DNA of 64,000 bases from Alphaproteobacteria bacterium. GTDB lineage: Bacteria > Pseudomonadota > Alphaproteobacteria > CALKHQ01. The notes below the pieces were generated by a model. That model did no database searches. It was not told the DNA's origin and was given only the letters and a program-made list of their open reading frames with translations. Position 1 is the stretch's first letter; each line of letters begins with the position of its first letter. The stretch lies in NCBI GenBank assembly GCA_965227515.1, contig CBDDFZ010000001.1, forward strand, positions 3,136,001-3,200,000. Reading direction: 5' to 3'. Positions 1 through 10,796 of this stretch are shown here, one piece after another. The translations under genes and the position numbers were made by a program.

Positions 1-1933
1 CGGTTCGCATGTCGATGGCGTTGATCGCGTTTTGCAGCAGGTTGGTCACCGCCTGCCCGATCAATTGCGGATCGCACACTGCGTGCAGCGGCTTGTCCGG
101 CGGCTCGTAGGCGAAGGTGACCGCCGGGTGCGCGGTCCGCTGCAGCACCACCGACTGGATGCACACGGTGCGGATGTCGACCTTCTTCATGGTCGGTGTC
201 GGCATCCGGGCGAAGGACGAGAACTCGTCGACCATGCGCCTCAGGTCGTCGACCTGGCGGACGATGGTATCGGTGCACAGCGCGAAGGTCTGCGGGTCGT
301 CCTCGATCTGGCGTAGGTACTTGCGCTTCAGGCGCTCGGCGGAAAGCTGGATCGGCGTCAGCGGGTTCTTGATCTCATGGGCGATGCGGCGGGCCACGTC
401 CGCCCAGGCGGCCTTGCGCTGTGCGGCGCCCAGCTCGGTGATGTCGTCGATGGTGACAACGAAGCCGACGATCTCGGTCCCCATCATCTCCGTCGCCACC
501 CGGATCACCAGGGACCGCGGGCCGCCATCGTGGTCGAGCTGCAAATGCGCCTCGACCACGCGCCCGCGCCGCCGCCGCGCCTTGGCCAGCACGTCCGCCA
601 TCTCCGGCACCGCATCGGCCAGCCGCGCGCCGCGCAGATCGGCGGCCGACAGGTCCAAGATGTCCTCGGCCGCCTTGTTGGCCAAGTGGACGGCACCGGC
701 CTTGTCGAGCCCGATAACGCCGGCGGTCACGCCCGAGAGCACGGCCTCGGTGAACCTCCGCCGCCGGTCGATCAACTCGTTGGCGGCGACGAGCTCGTTG
801 CGCTGCATGGAAAGCTGGTCGGTCATGCGGTTGAACGCGCGGCTCAGCGAGCCCAGCTCGTCGTCGTCGCCATGGTCGGCGACCCGGGCCGACAGGTCGC
901 CGCTGCGCACCCGCTCGGCAGCACCAATCAGCGCACTGATCGGGCGCACCAGCTTGGTCGCGAAGGCCAGGCCCAGCAGGACGGCGGTGAACAGCAGCAG
1001 CAGCGCCAGCACCACGAAGATGATGGCGAAAGTGATCTGCACGTCCGACATGCGGCCTTCGATGTACTGGTATTCGTTGACGGCCTGCCGGGTCTGCTCG
1101 ATGTGGCGGACGACTTGCGGGTCGACCGCGCGGCCGACGTAGAGATAGGCGTCCTGCAACGCGACCAGCTTGATCAGCGCGCGCACGCGATCCTGCTCGG
1201 TCGTCAGCACCACCACCCCGCCGTCTTCGGCGCGCGCCAGCACATCGGCCGGCAGGTTCGCTGGGTCCAGGTCGCTGCGCTCGGCCAAGTCGACGGTGCT
1301 GAGGAGATTGCCTTCGGTGTCGAAGACGATGGCCTCGGGCAGGCTGCGCATACGGCCCTGGGCGACGACGAACTCGCCGAACCGCTGCGGATCCTCCGCC
1401 GCCAGGGATGCGGCCCGGTTCAGGTCGGTCGCCATCGCCACGACATCGGCACGGATCAGTTGCTGGTGCTCGTGCAGGTAGGCCTCGGCGACCGCCAGCG
1501 AGGTCTGGACCGCGGTGCTGACCCGCTCGGAGAACCACGACTGCATGCCGAACGTGACCAGCAGCATGGAGAAGATGGCAACGACCACGGTCGGTGCGAT
1601 CGCCAGCATGCCGAACCGCGCGACCAGGCGGCTGTGCAGCCGCGACCCCGCCGTCCCGCGGCGCCGCGCGCTCCAGATGTGAACGAGGTTGATGGCGATG
1701 GTGCCGCCCAGCGCCAGCACCACGACCAGGTCGACATTGAGCAGGACGAACACCGCACCCGGCGACGCATCGAACGGCGGCAGGCCGGCGAAAGCCAGAT
1801 AGGTCAGGATGGCGCAGCAGATCGCCAGTATGAACAGGACGAAGGCGGCAACCTTGCTGGTCGCAAGGCGCCCGAGCACGGCAAGGGCCGTGCGCCATCT
1901 GCTGCTGGCCGGAGCCACCGCGTCCGAGGTCAT
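1..1933 (-). CDS. ntrY: NtrY-type PAS/HAMP sensor histidine kinase (3' end outside window)
   Basis: Manual minus-strand translation from ATG at 1933: TM segments, GSRLHSRLVARFGMLAIAP, and H-box AAWADVARRIAHEIKNPLTPIQLSAERL. Lies downstream of ntrC. Absent from the ORF track because it has no stop in the window. Confidence 0.93.
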   Translation of the reverse strand, partial: MTSDAVAPASSRWRTALAVLGRLATSKVAAFVLFILAICCAILTYLAFAGLPPFDASPGAVFVLLNVDLVVVLALGGTIAINLVHIWSARRRGTAGSRLHSRLVARFGMLAIAPTVVVAIFSMLLVTFGMQSWFSERVSTAVQTSLAVAEAYLHEHQQLIRADVVAMATDLNRAASLAAEDPQRFGEFVVAQGRMRSLPEAIVFDTEGNLLSTVDLAERSDLDPANLPADVLARAEDGGVVVLTTEQDRVRALIKLVALQDAYLYVGRAVDPQVVRHIEQTRQAVNEYQYIEGRMSDVQITFAIIFVVLALLLLFTAVLLGLAFATKLVRPISALIGAAERVRSGDLSARVADHGDDDELGSLSRAFNRMTDQLSMQRNELVAANELIDRRRRFTEAVLSGVTAGVIGLDKAGAVHLANKAAEDILDLSAADLRGARLADAVPEMADVLAKARRRRGRVVEAHLQLDHDGGPRSLVIRVATEMMGTEIVGFVVTIDDITELGAAQRKAAWADVARRIAHEIKNPLTPIQLSAERLKRKYLRQIEDDPQTFALCTDTIVRQVDDLRRMVDEFSSFARMPTPTMKKVDIRTVCIQSVVLQRTAHPAVTFAYEPPDKPLHAVCDPQLIGQAVTNLLQNAINAIDMRT

Positions 1934-1985
1934 CGCCTATCCAATTGGCCGCGCCGCGCGGCGCAGACACTGCGGATCAGTTAGC

Positions 1986-3455
1986 TCAGTTTACCTTGCG
2001 GACAACTTCGATGTCCAACTCGCGGATCTTCTTGCGCAATGTGTTGCGGTTGAGGCCGAGCATGCGCGCCGCCTTGATCTGATTGCCCTGGGTAGCGGCC
2101 AGGGTCAGCTCGATCAGCGGGCGCTCGACCTCGCGAACGATGCGGCTGTGCAGGTCGCCCTCGCTGCCGTCGTCGCTGTTGGCGGCCAGCAGTTGCTCGA
2201 CATGGCTTGCCACCGCATCGCCAAGGCTGGGCGGCTCGGCGGCATTGGCGTGCACCACCGGCGCGGTCTGGCTGTCGCTCAACTCGGCCTGGATCGCGTC
2301 AATCCCGATCACCTCGTCCGGATATAGCACCGCCAGGCGCTGGATCAGGTTCTCCAGCTCGCGCACGTTACCCGGCCAGTTGTAGGACCGCAGCCGCGCC
2401 ATTGCGCGCTCGTCGACGGTGCGGGCCGGGGCGCCGTTCATCGCCGCCTTCTCGAAGAAATGGCGCACCAGGGCCGGAATGTCGTCCTTGCGCTCGCGCA
2501 GCGGGGGCAGCCGGATCGGCACCACGTTCAGACGGTAGAACAGGTCCTCGCGGAAGATGCCCTGGCGCACCAATTGGCGCAGATCGCGGTGTGTGGCGGC
2601 GACGATGCGGACGTTGGCCTTGATCGGCTTGCGCCCGCCAACGGTGGTGAACTCGCCCTCCTGCAGCACGCGCAGCAGGCGGGTCTGCGCCTCCAGCGGC
2701 ATGTCGCCGATCTCGTCCAGGAACAGCGTGCCGCCGCGTGCCTGCTCGAAACGGCCGGCATAGCGCTGCGCGGCCCCGGTGAAGGCCCCGCGCTCGTGCC
2801 CGAACAGCTCGCTCTCGATCAGGTCGCGCGCGATCGCCGCCATGTTGATGGCGACGAAGGGCGCGTCGGCGCGCTTGCCGTAGTCGTGCAGCGCGCGGGC
2901 GACCAGCTCCTTGCCGGTGCCGGATTCGCCGGTCAGCATCACCGTCAGGTCCGACCCCATCAGCCGGGCGAGCACGCGATAGATTTCCTGCATCGCGGTC
3001 GAGCGGCCGATCAGCGGCAGCTTGTCCAAATCCTCGTCGCCGGCCCCTGCCGGCATCGGCTCGTCGGTCGTCGGCGCCCGCGGCCCGGGCGCATTCAGCG
3101 CCCTCTCAACGGTGTCCAGCAACTCGTTGAGATCAAAAGGCTTAGGCAGGTATTCGAATGCCCCCTTCTCGGCCGCCCGCACGGCGGTCATCAGGGTCGA
3201 CTGCGCGCTCATCACCAGCACCCTGAGCTTGGGCCGCACCGACCTGATGCGGGGCAACAGGTCGAGCCCATTGCCGTCGGGCATGAACACGTCGGTGATC
3301 ACCAGGTCGCCATCGCCCTGGGCCACCCACTGCCAGAGTTGCGATGCGGCGCCGGTCGACCGCACGTCGTGGCCGAGCTGCGACAGTGCCCGGTTGAGCA
3401 CGGTTCGTATGGCGCGGTCGTCGTCGGCGATCAGAATGGTGGCGGGTTTGGTCAT
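1986..3455 (-). CDS. ntrC: Nitrogen regulation sigma54 activator NtrC
   Basis: Receiver domain (ILIADDD, DVFMPD), Walker [15 protein letters not shown] motif, C-terminal [22 protein letters not shown]. Start taken at MTKPAT. Confidence 0.96.
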   Translation of the reverse strand: MTKPATILIADDDRAIRTVLNRALSQLGHDVRSTGAASQLWQWVAQGDGDLVITDVFMPDGNGLDLLPRIRSVRPKLRVLVMSAQSTLMTAVRAAEKGAFEYLPKPFDLNELLDTVERALNAPGPRAPTTDEPMPAGAGDEDLDKLPLIGRSTAMQEIYRVLARLMGSDLTVMLTGESGTGKELVARALHDYGKRADAPFVAINMAAIARDLIESELFGHERGAFTGAAQRYAGRFEQARGGTLFLDEIGDMPLEAQTRLLRVLQEGEFTTVGGRKPIKANVRIVAATHRDLRQLVRQGIFREDLFYRLNVVPIRLPPLRERKDDIPALVRHFFEKAAMNGAPARTVDERAMARLRSYNWPGNVRELENLIQRLAVLYPDEVIGIDAIQAELSDSQTAPVVHANAAEPPSLGDAVASHVEQLLAANSDDGSEGDLHSRIVREVERPLIELTLAATQGNQIKAARMLGLNRNTLRKKIRELDIEVVRKVN

Positions 3456-3459
3456 GTGT

Positions 3460-4587
3460 TCATTCCTGAACGGTGGCAACCGCCTCGCGGTGCGCCGTCG
3501 CGTTGCTTGAGTCCGCGATCGGCAACATCACGCGGAAAACGGTGCCGCGCGACGTCGAGTCGAACTCGATCATCGCGCCGTGGTCCTGCACCACCTTGGC
3601 CACCAGCGCCAGGCCGAGGCCGCTGCCCCGGTTCTTGGTCGAGACGAATGGCTCGAACAGATGCTGGTGCATGTCGTCTGGAATGCCCGGCCCGTTGTCG
3701 CGCACGCTGACCACCATCGGCAGGTTCAGGCGGCTGTCGGTCCCGGGCACCACGACCCTGAGGCCGTGCTGGAACTTGGTCGCCAGGTCGATCTCGCAGA
3801 TCTCTTCCTCGCAGGATTCGACGGCGTTCTTGACCAGGTTCAGGAACAGTTGGACCAGCGCATCGTGGTTGCCGAATGCCGGTGGCAGCGACGGGTCGAA
3901 CGACATGGTGAAGCGTGCGCTGCGGCCGAAGCCGGCGCGCGCGACGTTGCAGACGTGGTTCAGGATGCGGTGGATGTTGACCGGCATCCGATCCAGCGGC
4001 CGCCCCTCCGAGAACGCCTCCATCCGCTCGATCAGCCCGACGATGCGGTCGGTCTCGTCGCAGATCAGCCGGGTGAGCTGACGGTCGCCCTGGCTGGCAC
4101 TGCGCTCCAGCAGTTGTGCCGCGCCACGGATGCCCGACAGCGGGTTCTTGACCTCGTGGGCCATCAGCGCCGCCATCGCCGACACCGACCGGGCGGCGCC
4201 GCGATGGCTGAGCTGACGCTCGACCGCGCGGGTCATGGCATGTTGGTGCAAGGATATGGCAATCTCGCCGTTCATGTCGGAAAGTGGCGTTACTTGGGCC
4301 GCCACCTCGTGCCGTCCGATACGAGGTGACTCCAGCGTCAGCCCGTGGTCTGCAAGGCCGATGCCACTCGAACGCGCCTGGTTGATCAGGGCGAACAGGG
4401 GATTGTCCGAAGGGATGAACTCGCTTAACGGCCGGGTGTGCAGCAAGGCTGCGCCGGCGCACAGAAACTGCTCCGCCGCCATGTTGGCGAACGTCACGCA
4501 GTCTTCCGGATCTATGGTCAGCACCGGGTCCGGCAGAGCATTCAGCAATGCCGTGCCAACCCGGCCATCCGCCTGGATGTTTCCCAC
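3460..4587 (-). CDS. ntrB: Nitrogen regulation sensor kinase NtrB
   Basis: PAS domain, H-box [20 protein letters not shown] boxes (NLVKNA, DNGPG, GSGLGL). GTG start at 4587 is inferred. Confidence 0.93.
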   Translation of the reverse strand: MGNIQADGRVGTALLNALPDPVLTIDPEDCVTFANMAAEQFLCAGAALLHTRPLSEFIPSDNPLFALINQARSSGIGLADHGLTLESPRIGRHEVAAQVTPLSDMNGEIAISLHQHAMTRAVERQLSHRGAARSVSAMAALMAHEVKNPLSGIRGAAQLLERSASQGDRQLTRLICDETDRIVGLIERMEAFSEGRPLDRMPVNIHRILNHVCNVARAGFGRSARFTMSFDPSLPPAFGNHDALVQLFLNLVKNAVESCEEEICEIDLATKFQHGLRVVVPGTDSRLNLPMVVSVRDNGPGIPDDMHQHLFEPFVSTKNRGSGLGLALVAKVVQDHGAMIEFDSTSRGTVFRVMLPIADSSNATAHREAVATVQE

Positions 4588-4654
4588 TACGCGCGTCAGA
4601 ACCCGAACTCCCCCACCCGGACCCCGCGTCGCCCCCGCAACCGGGGTCGGCTGC

Positions 4655-4716
4655 TGCCTAAAAACTAGGCAAATTTCCAGATTGCATAATTTATTTGCAT
4701 TACAGTCTTTTTGCAA
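4655..4716 (-). promoter_or_regulatory. Putative sigma70 ntrBC promoter with two NtrC-like TGC-N11-GCA boxes
   Basis: Minus strand TTGCAA(4716-4711)-N17-TAAATT(4693-4688). Perfect palindrome TGCCTA-AAAAC-TAGGCA at 4655-4671 and TGCATAATTTATTTGCA at 4683-4699. Confidence 0.65.
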
Positions 4717-4779
4717 GCGCACAAAATGCGCGGCTGGATTTGTGCAGCGCACCCAAACGCATGTGGATAGCGGCTGGCC

Positions 4780-5985
4780 GTGACCTGCATTGCCCTGATT
4801 GTCGCCGGCGGTCGCGGCAGCCGCGCCGGTGGCGCTTCTCCAAAGCAGTATCAGAGCCTGAACGGCGCGACGGTGCTGGCGCAGACCGTGCGCCGGTTCC
4901 TGGGGCACCCGTCGATCGACGATGTCTGTGTGGTGATCCACCCAGATGACCGGACCGCCTATGACGCTGCGGTGCAGGACCTCGATCTCATGGCGCCGGT
5001 GCTCGGCGGGGCGACGCGCCAGGAGTCCGTGCTCAACGGACTGCGCGCGCTGAAAGGCGCGGCCCCCGACCTGGTGGCGATCCACGATGCGGCACGCCCC
5101 TTCGTGTCCGCCGACACCATCGCTCGCACCGTCGAGGCGGCGCGTCAGCACGGCGGGGCCATTGCCGCGGTGCCGGTGAGCGATACCCTGAAGCGCGGTA
5201 CGTCAGAGGCCGGGATCGCCGGCACCGTTGACCGAGAGGGGCTGTGGCAGGCGCAGACGCCGCAAGTGTTCGGCTTCAAGTCGATTCTGGCGGCGCACGA
5301 GGCCCATGCCGGCGAAGCGCTGACCGACGACGCGGCAGTGGCCGAGCGGGCCGGCATGGCGGTATTCCTGGTCAGCGATGACCGCGACAACTTCAAGATC
5401 ACGACGGCGGCCGACCTTGAACGCGCCCGGCAGGTGGTGGCGCCGGTGACGAAAGCCGGCGGGCCGCCGGTGCCCGATGTCATGCCGGGGGAGACCCGGG
5501 TCGGCAACGGCTTCGACGTGCACGGTTTCGGCCCGGCCGACGGCCAAGGCAGCGTGCGGCTGTGCGGTGTCGACGTCCCCCACGACCGCCCCCTCGCCGG
5601 CCATTCCGACGCCGACGTGGCATTGCATGCGGTGACCGACGCCATCCTCGGCGCGGTCGCGGCCGGCGATATCGGCGCGCACTTTCCGCCCGGCGATGCC
5701 CGGTGGCGCGGCGTTGCCTCGCAGCATTTCGTGATCCACGCCAAGTCGCTGGCGGCGGCCGAGGGCTTCGTGGTGCGCCACGTCGACGTCACCATCATCT
5801 GCGAGCGGCCGAAGGTCGGGCCCCATCGCGCGGCGATGCAGCAGGCGCTGGCGGCGATGCTGGACCTGGCGCCGAGCCGGGTCAGCGTGAAAGCCACGAC
5901 CACCGAGAAGCTTGGCTTTCTGGGCCGGGGAGAAGGCATCGCGGCGATGGCGACAGCCACCCTGGTGGCGACGGCCGACACATGA
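4780..5985 (+). CDS. ispDF: Bifunctional IspD/IspF
   Basis: AGGRGSR...PKQY, IHDAARPFV, then RVGNGFDVH, GHSDADVALHA, SVKATTTEKLGF. Confidence 0.96.
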   Translation: MTCIALIVAGGRGSRAGGASPKQYQSLNGATVLAQTVRRFLGHPSIDDVCVVIHPDDRTAYDAAVQDLDLMAPVLGGATRQESVLNGLRALKGAAPDLVAIHDAARPFVSADTIARTVEAARQHGGAIAAVPVSDTLKRGTSEAGIAGTVDREGLWQAQTPQVFGFKSILAAHEAHAGEALTDDAAVAERAGMAVFLVSDDRDNFKITTAADLERARQVVAPVTKAGGPPVPDVMPGETRVGNGFDVHGFGPADGQGSVRLCGVDVPHDRPLAGHSDADVALHAVTDAILGAVAAGDIGAHFPPGDARWRGVASQHFVIHAKSLAAAEGFVVRHVDVTIICERPKVGPHRAAMQQALAAMLDLAPSRVSVKATTTEKLGFLGRGEGIAAMATATLVATADT

Positions 5986-5998
5986 GCATGCCGTGCGG

Positions 5999-6475
5999 AT
6001 GAGCCTGCCCACCCTGCTCGCCACCTGGTTCGGCGCCGGCCTGGCACCACGTGCGCCGGGGACCTGGGGGTCGTTGGCGGCGGCTGTCATGGCGTGGCCG
6101 ATCCAGTTTTGGCTCGGCTGGGTCGGGTTGCTGGTGGCCGCGGTGGCGGTGTTCGGTGTCGGCATCTGGGCCGCCGAACGCGATGCCGCGCGGACCGGGC
6201 TGAAGGACGACGGGCGCATCGTCATCGACGAGGTCGCCGGCCAGTGGATCGCGCTTCTGCCCGCCTGCGCCGACTGGCGGCTGTTTGTTCTGGGGTTCGT
6301 GGCCTTCCGCCTGTTCGACATCCTGAAGCCGTGGCCGGTGTCGTGGGCCGACCGGCATGTCAGTGGCGGCCTGGGGGTGATGCTGGACGACGTGCTGGCC
6401 GGCATCTATGCCGCTATCGTGGTCGTCGCTGTTGCCTGGAGTTTCTCGCTATGTCCGTTCTCGACGACGACCTGA
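5999..6475 (+). CDS. pgpA: Phosphatidylglycerophosphatase A
   Basis: APGTWGS, IVIDEVAG, FRLFDILKPWP, GVMLDDVLAG. Confidence 0.94.
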   Translation: MSLPTLLATWFGAGLAPRAPGTWGSLAAAVMAWPIQFWLGWVGLLVAAVAVFGVGIWAAERDAARTGLKDDGRIVIDEVAGQWIALLPACADWRLFVLGFVAFRLFDILKPWPVSWADRHVSGGLGVMLDDVLAGIYAAIVVVAVAWSFSLCPFSTTT

Positions 6476-6957
6476 TCGCTGCCGCGACGGCAACGCTGAC
6501 GGCCCTGCGAGGGGCTGCGGCGACACTCGCGACCGCTGAATCCTGCACCGGCGGCCTGATCGCTGGTGCGATGACCGAAATTGCCGGCAGTTCCGATGTC
6601 GTTTGCTGCGGGTTCGTGACCTATTCGAACGCTGCCAAGACCGCGATGCTGGGAGTGCCGGAGGATATGCTGGCGGCACACGGCGCCGTCAGCGAACCGG
6701 TGGCGCGGGCCATGGTGGCGGGCGCCCTGTCGCGTGGCGACGTTGGCATTGCCGTGTCTTGCACCGGCATCGCCGGCCCTGGCGGTGCGACCGACACCAA
6801 GCCGGTCGGCCTGGTCTACATCGGCTGCGGCCGCGCCGGCGGCGTTATCGACGTCGCGGAACACCGCTTCGACGGCGACCGCGCTGCCGTCAGGCGACAG
6901 ACGGTTCTGGCCGCCCTGGCCATGGTGCGGCGCGCGTGCGGCGCAGACGCGCTATAG
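6451..6957 (+). CDS. cinA: CinA C-terminal domain protein (PncC-like NMN amidohydrolase)
   Basis: ATAESCTGGLIA, GFVTYSNAAK, HGAVSEPVARAM, TGIAGPGG. Confidence 0.92.
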   Translation: MSVLDDDLIAAATATLTALRGAAATLATAESCTGGLIAGAMTEIAGSSDVVCCGFVTYSNAAKTAMLGVPEDMLAAHGAVSEPVARAMVAGALSRGDVGIAVSCTGIAGPGGATDTKPVGLVYIGCGRAGGVIDVAEHRFDGDRAAVRRQTVLAALAMVRRACGADAL

Positions 6958-7677
6958 CTCCGGCAATCTGCCATAGGCGGTGACCAGGGCGTGCATCGGA
7001 TGGCCGGCGCGGTCGGCATAGCGCGCGAGCATCGTTTGCCAGTGGCCCGCCACCTCGAACAGATGCGCCGGGTGGTCCAGCGGCCGGTTGGGCAGCGCGC
7101 GCAACAGGTCCACCGCGACATCGGGCGCGAGGCCCGACGTGTCGTCCACCATGCGGTCCACATAGACCGAGCTTTGCTTGTAGAAGGACAGTGCGGCGAG
7201 CAGCAGGCCACAGATCTCTGCCGCCGCCGCTGGCGTGTTGAGGACCAGGTTGATGCGGTCGAAGAGTTGCGTGCGGTTGGCGCTGTCCAGCAGCACGCAG
7301 TAGGCCGCGTCGTCCATGCCGTCACTGGCCCCTGCCCCCTGGATGCGGCGCACGAAGAACAGCACCCGGCTGGGGCGGACCAGCGCCTCCGGCGACAGAG
7401 CCGCCAGAATGCGCTCGCTGGCCTGGTACGGTTGCAGGCTGACCGGGCGGGCCACCGACTGCAGCACCACGCCATGGCGCGCGCCGTCGTCGATCAGCTC
7501 GATGCCGGCGGAACCGAGGGCCGCCTCGATGGCCCTTAGCGTGCTTGTCCTCGGGTCGCCGACCCCGCGCTCGACGTTGTTGAGGGTGGCCAGCGACACA
7601 CCGCTCGCCCGCGCCAGATCGCTCTGCCGCACGTTGAGAAGGCTGCGGGCGGCACGTATTTGACCTGAGGAAATCAT
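6952..7677 (-). CDS. XRE-family HTH protein with ~160-aa uncharacterised C-terminal domain
   Basis: N-terminus QIRAARSLLNVRQSDLARASGVSLATLNNVERG...TLRAIEAAL...AGIEL matches the small alphaproteobacterial XRE family. Confidence 0.8.
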   Translation of the reverse strand: MISSGQIRAARSLLNVRQSDLARASGVSLATLNNVERGVGDPRTSTLRAIEAALGSAGIELIDDGARHGVVLQSVARPVSLQPYQASERILAALSPEALVRPSRVLFFVRRIQGAGASDGMDDAAYCVLLDSANRTQLFDRINLVLNTPAAAAEICGLLLAALSFYKQSSVYVDRMVDDTSGLAPDVAVDLLRALPNRPLDHPAHLFEVAGHWQTMLARYADRAGHPMHALVTAYGRLPEL

Positions 7678-7795
7678 TACCAGACCTAATTCGGTGCGGA
7701 TCGCACAATACGATCCGACGTGAATTATGGATTATGCGTAATTATTATGAGAGGCAAGCGCTAAACTAGGCATCAGCACCAATTCGGTGCGTCGG

Positions 7796-8287
7796 TCAGG
7801 CGACCGACGGATCGTGCTTGTCGTGCCCGATCTCGGAGTGCGCGCTCGCCGCGTTGTCGCCGTACAGGTCGTGCGCCCGCTGCTCGAAGGCGCGGACCAT
7901 GCGCTTCACCGCCTCGTTGAACAGCAGGCCGATGATCTTCTGCAGCAGGATGGAGCGGAACTCGAAGTCCACGAAGAAGTCGATGATGCAGGAGCCGTCG
8001 GGCTGCGGCTCGAAAATCCATCTGTTATTCAGATACTTAAATGGCCCTTCTGCATAAGTGACATCAATGCGATGCGGTGGCGACAGCTCAACCTTTGATG
8101 TAAATTTCTCTCGTACTGCTTTGAATCCAATCGCTAAATCGGCAACGATTAGATTATCGGTGCGGCGCCTGATGCGGGCCGCCGTACACCAGGGCAGGAA
8201 CTCCGGATACTTCTCGATCCCGGCCACCAGATCGAACATCTGCTCGGCCGAATAGGGCACGGCGCGGCGATCCGAATGGGTCGGCAT
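7796..8287 (-). CDS. ratA: RatA/PasT/COQ10 START-domain protein
   Basis: YSAEQMFDLVAGIEKYPEFLPWC, GPFKYLNNRW, VDFEF, AFEQRA. Follows lipA, as is usual. Confidence 0.92.
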   Translation of the reverse strand: MPTHSDRRAVPYSAEQMFDLVAGIEKYPEFLPWCTAARIRRRTDNLIVADLAIGFKAVREKFTSKVELSPPHRIDVTYAEGPFKYLNNRWIFEPQPDGSCIIDFFVDFEFRSILLQKIIGLLFNEAVKRMVRAFEQRAHDLYGDNAASAHSEIGHDKHDPSVA

Positions 8288-8323
8288 GCTAGGCGGCGGT
8301 CGCTGGTTTTGCGCGCGCGCGAA

Positions 8324-9328
8324 TCACGACAACTCGGTCGCCTCGCCTGCGCCCACGCTCAAATCAAGGGTGTCACGGGTCACCTTGGACAACGCCGCGG
8401 TGCGCGCCGCGCGCAGGCGGACGAAATCGTCGCCGGCGTGGTAGGAACTGCGTGTCAACGGCGACGCGGACACCATCAGGAAACCCTTCACCCGCGCGCG
8501 CTTGCTGTAGGCCTCGAACGTCTCCGGCGTGACGAACCGCTCGACGGCCGCGTGCTTCGGCGTCGGCTGCAGGTACTGGCCGATGGTCAGGAAGTCGATG
8601 TCGGCCGACCGCATGTCATCCATCACCTGGCCGACTTCCTCGTCGGTCTCGCCCAGGCCGACCATCAGGCCGGACTTGGTGAACATGGTCGGGTCCAGTT
8701 CCTTCACCCGGTCGAGCAGGCGCAGCGAGTGGTAGTAGCGCGCGCCGGGCCGCACGGTCGGATAGAGCCGCGGCACCGTCTCCAGATTGTGGTTGAACAC
8801 GTCCGGCTTGGCGTCCACCACCACTTCCAGCGCGCCATCCTTGCGCAGGAAGTCGGGCGTCAGGATCTCGATGGTCGTGGTCGGCGACGCGGCGCGGATC
8901 GAGCGGATCACCTCGGCGAAATGCTTTGCGCCGCCGTCGGCCAGGTCGTCGCGGTCGACCGAGGTGATGACCACGTGCTCCAGGCCCAGCTTGCGCACGC
9001 CCTGCGCCACATTGCGCGGCTCCAGCGCGTCCAGGTGCTCCGGCCGGCCGGTCGCGACATTGCAGAACGCGCAGGCGCGGGTGCAGGTGTCGCCCATGAT
9101 CATCATCGTGGCGTGGCCCTTCGACCAGCACTCGCCGATGTTCGGGCAGGCCGCCTCCTCGCACACGGTGTGCAGGTTGTGCTTGCGCACGATGCCGACC
9201 GTCTCCTGGTAGCCCTGGGACATCGGTGCCTTGACCCGCAGCCATTTCGGCTTCGGGTGCTTGGTCGGGTTGTCCGGTCGATGGGCCTTTTCCGGGTGCC
9301 TGACGGCGGGATCGATCTTGCTGGCCAC
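8324..9328 (-). CDS. lipA: Lipoyl synthase
   Basis: [12 protein letters not shown] and CTRACAFC radical-SAM motifs, RSSYHA. GTG start inferred. Confidence 0.97.
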   Translation of the reverse strand: MASKIDPAVRHPEKAHRPDNPTKHPKPKWLRVKAPMSQGYQETVGIVRKHNLHTVCEEAACPNIGECWSKGHATMMIMGDTCTRACAFCNVATGRPEHLDALEPRNVAQGVRKLGLEHVVITSVDRDDLADGGAKHFAEVIRSIRAASPTTTIEILTPDFLRKDGALEVVVDAKPDVFNHNLETVPRLYPTVRPGARYYHSLRLLDRVKELDPTMFTKSGLMVGLGETDEEVGQVMDDMRSADIDFLTIGQYLQPTPKHAAVERFVTPETFEAYSKRARVKGFLMVSASPLTRSSYHAGDDFVRLRAARTAALSKVTRDTLDLSVGAGEATELS

Positions 9329-9359
9329 GGGATCTCTTTCGTTTGCTTGGGGCGCCAAC

Positions 9360-10757
9360 CTAGACGTGGATCACACGGCCGTAAGCGTCAAGTACGGACT
9401 CGTGCATCATTTCGCTCAGGGTCGGGTGCGGAAACACGGTGTGCATCAATTCGGCCTCGGTGGTTTCCAGGTTCATGGCGACCACATAGCCCTGAATCAG
9501 CTCGGTCACCTCGGCGCCGATCATGTGCGCGCCGAGCAACTGCCCGGTCGCCGCATCGAAGATGGTCTTCACCAGGCCGTCCGGTTCCCCCAGTGCAATC
9601 GCCTTGCCGTTGCCCATGAACGGGAAGCGGCCCACCTTGACCTTGCGCCCGCCTTCCTTGGCCTTGGCTTCGGTCAGGCCGACCGACGCGATCTGCGGGT
9701 TGCAGTACGTGCAGCCGGGGATCTTCGACTTGTCGAGCGGGTGCACGCCCTTGACGCCGGCGATGGCCTCGACGCAGACCACGCCCTCATGCTCGGCCTT
9801 GTGGGCCAGCATCGGCGGCCCGGCGACGTCGCCGATGGCATAGACGCCCTTCACGTTGGTGCGGCCATAGCCGTCGGTGACGATGCTGCCGCGCTCGGTC
9901 TTCACGCCCAGCGCCTCAAGGCCCAGATCCTCGATATTGCCCTGCACGCCGACGGCGGAGATCACCCGATCGACCTTGATCTGCTCGGCCTTGCCGTCCT
10001 TGGTCTCGACCGTCGCGGTGACCGCGTTCGCAGCCTTGTCGAGTTTGGTGACCTTGGCTTCGGTCAGGATGCGCATGCCCTGCTTCTCGAACCGCTTGCG
10101 CGCCATGCCGGCGATCTCCGCGTCCTCGACCGGCAGGATCTGCGGCAGCACCTCGACCACCGTCACCTCGGCGTCGAGGGTGCGGTAGAACGAGGCGAAC
10201 TCGATGCCGATGGCGCCCGAGCCGATGACCAGTATCGACTTCGGCATCGTCTTCGGCACCATCGCCTCGAAGTATGTCCAGACCAGCTTCTTGTCCGGCT
10301 CCAGCCCCGGCAGCACGCGGGGCCGCGCACCGGTCGCGACGACGATGTGAGTGGCCTGGTAGGTGCCCTTGTCCTTGCCGTCGACCGTGACCTTGCCCCC
10401 GCCGGCCAGCTTTGCCGTGCCCTCGATAACGTCGATCTTGTTCTTCTTCATCAGGTAGCCGACACCCGAATTGAGCTGCTTCGACACGCCGCGCGAGCGT
10501 TCCACGACGGCGGCAATGTCGAACGCCGGGTTGTCGGCCTTCAGCCCGAAGTCGGCGGCGTGGCGCATGTGGTGGTAGATCTCGGCCGAGCGCAGCAGCG
10601 CCTTGGTCGGGATGCAGCCCCAGTTGAGGCAGATGCCGCCCAGGTGCGCGCGCTCGACGACAGCCGTCTTCAGGCCGAGCTGGGCCGCGCGGATGGCGGC
10701 GACGTAACCGCCCGGACCGCCGCCGATAACGATCAGATCATAGGATTGGCTGGGCAT
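9360..10757 (-). CDS. lpdA: Dihydrolipoyl dehydrogenase
   Basis: [34 protein letters not shown]. Confidence 0.97.
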   Translation of the reverse strand: MPSQSYDLIVIGGGPGGYVAAIRAAQLGLKTAVVERAHLGGICLNWGCIPTKALLRSAEIYHHMRHAADFGLKADNPAFDIAAVVERSRGVSKQLNSGVGYLMKKNKIDVIEGTAKLAGGGKVTVDGKDKGTYQATHIVVATGARPRVLPGLEPDKKLVWTYFEAMVPKTMPKSILVIGSGAIGIEFASFYRTLDAEVTVVEVLPQILPVEDAEIAGMARKRFEKQGMRILTEAKVTKLDKAANAVTATVETKDGKAEQIKVDRVISAVGVQGNIEDLGLEALGVKTERGSIVTDGYGRTNVKGVYAIGDVAGPPMLAHKAEHEGVVCVEAIAGVKGVHPLDKSKIPGCTYCNPQIASVGLTEAKAKEGGRKVKVGRFPFMGNGKAIALGEPDGLVKTIFDAATGQLLGAHMIGAEVTELIQGYVVAMNLETTEAELMHTVFPHPTLSEMMHESVLDAYGRVIHV

Positions 10758-10796
10758 TGGGCTCCTGAAGATGGGTGAGGGGCGGGTCTTGCGGCC

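Noticed and set aside
7721-7750. CGCATAA-containing AT-rich stretch resembling a dif site
   Set aside because: The XerD arm and spacing do not fit; better explained as a promoter.
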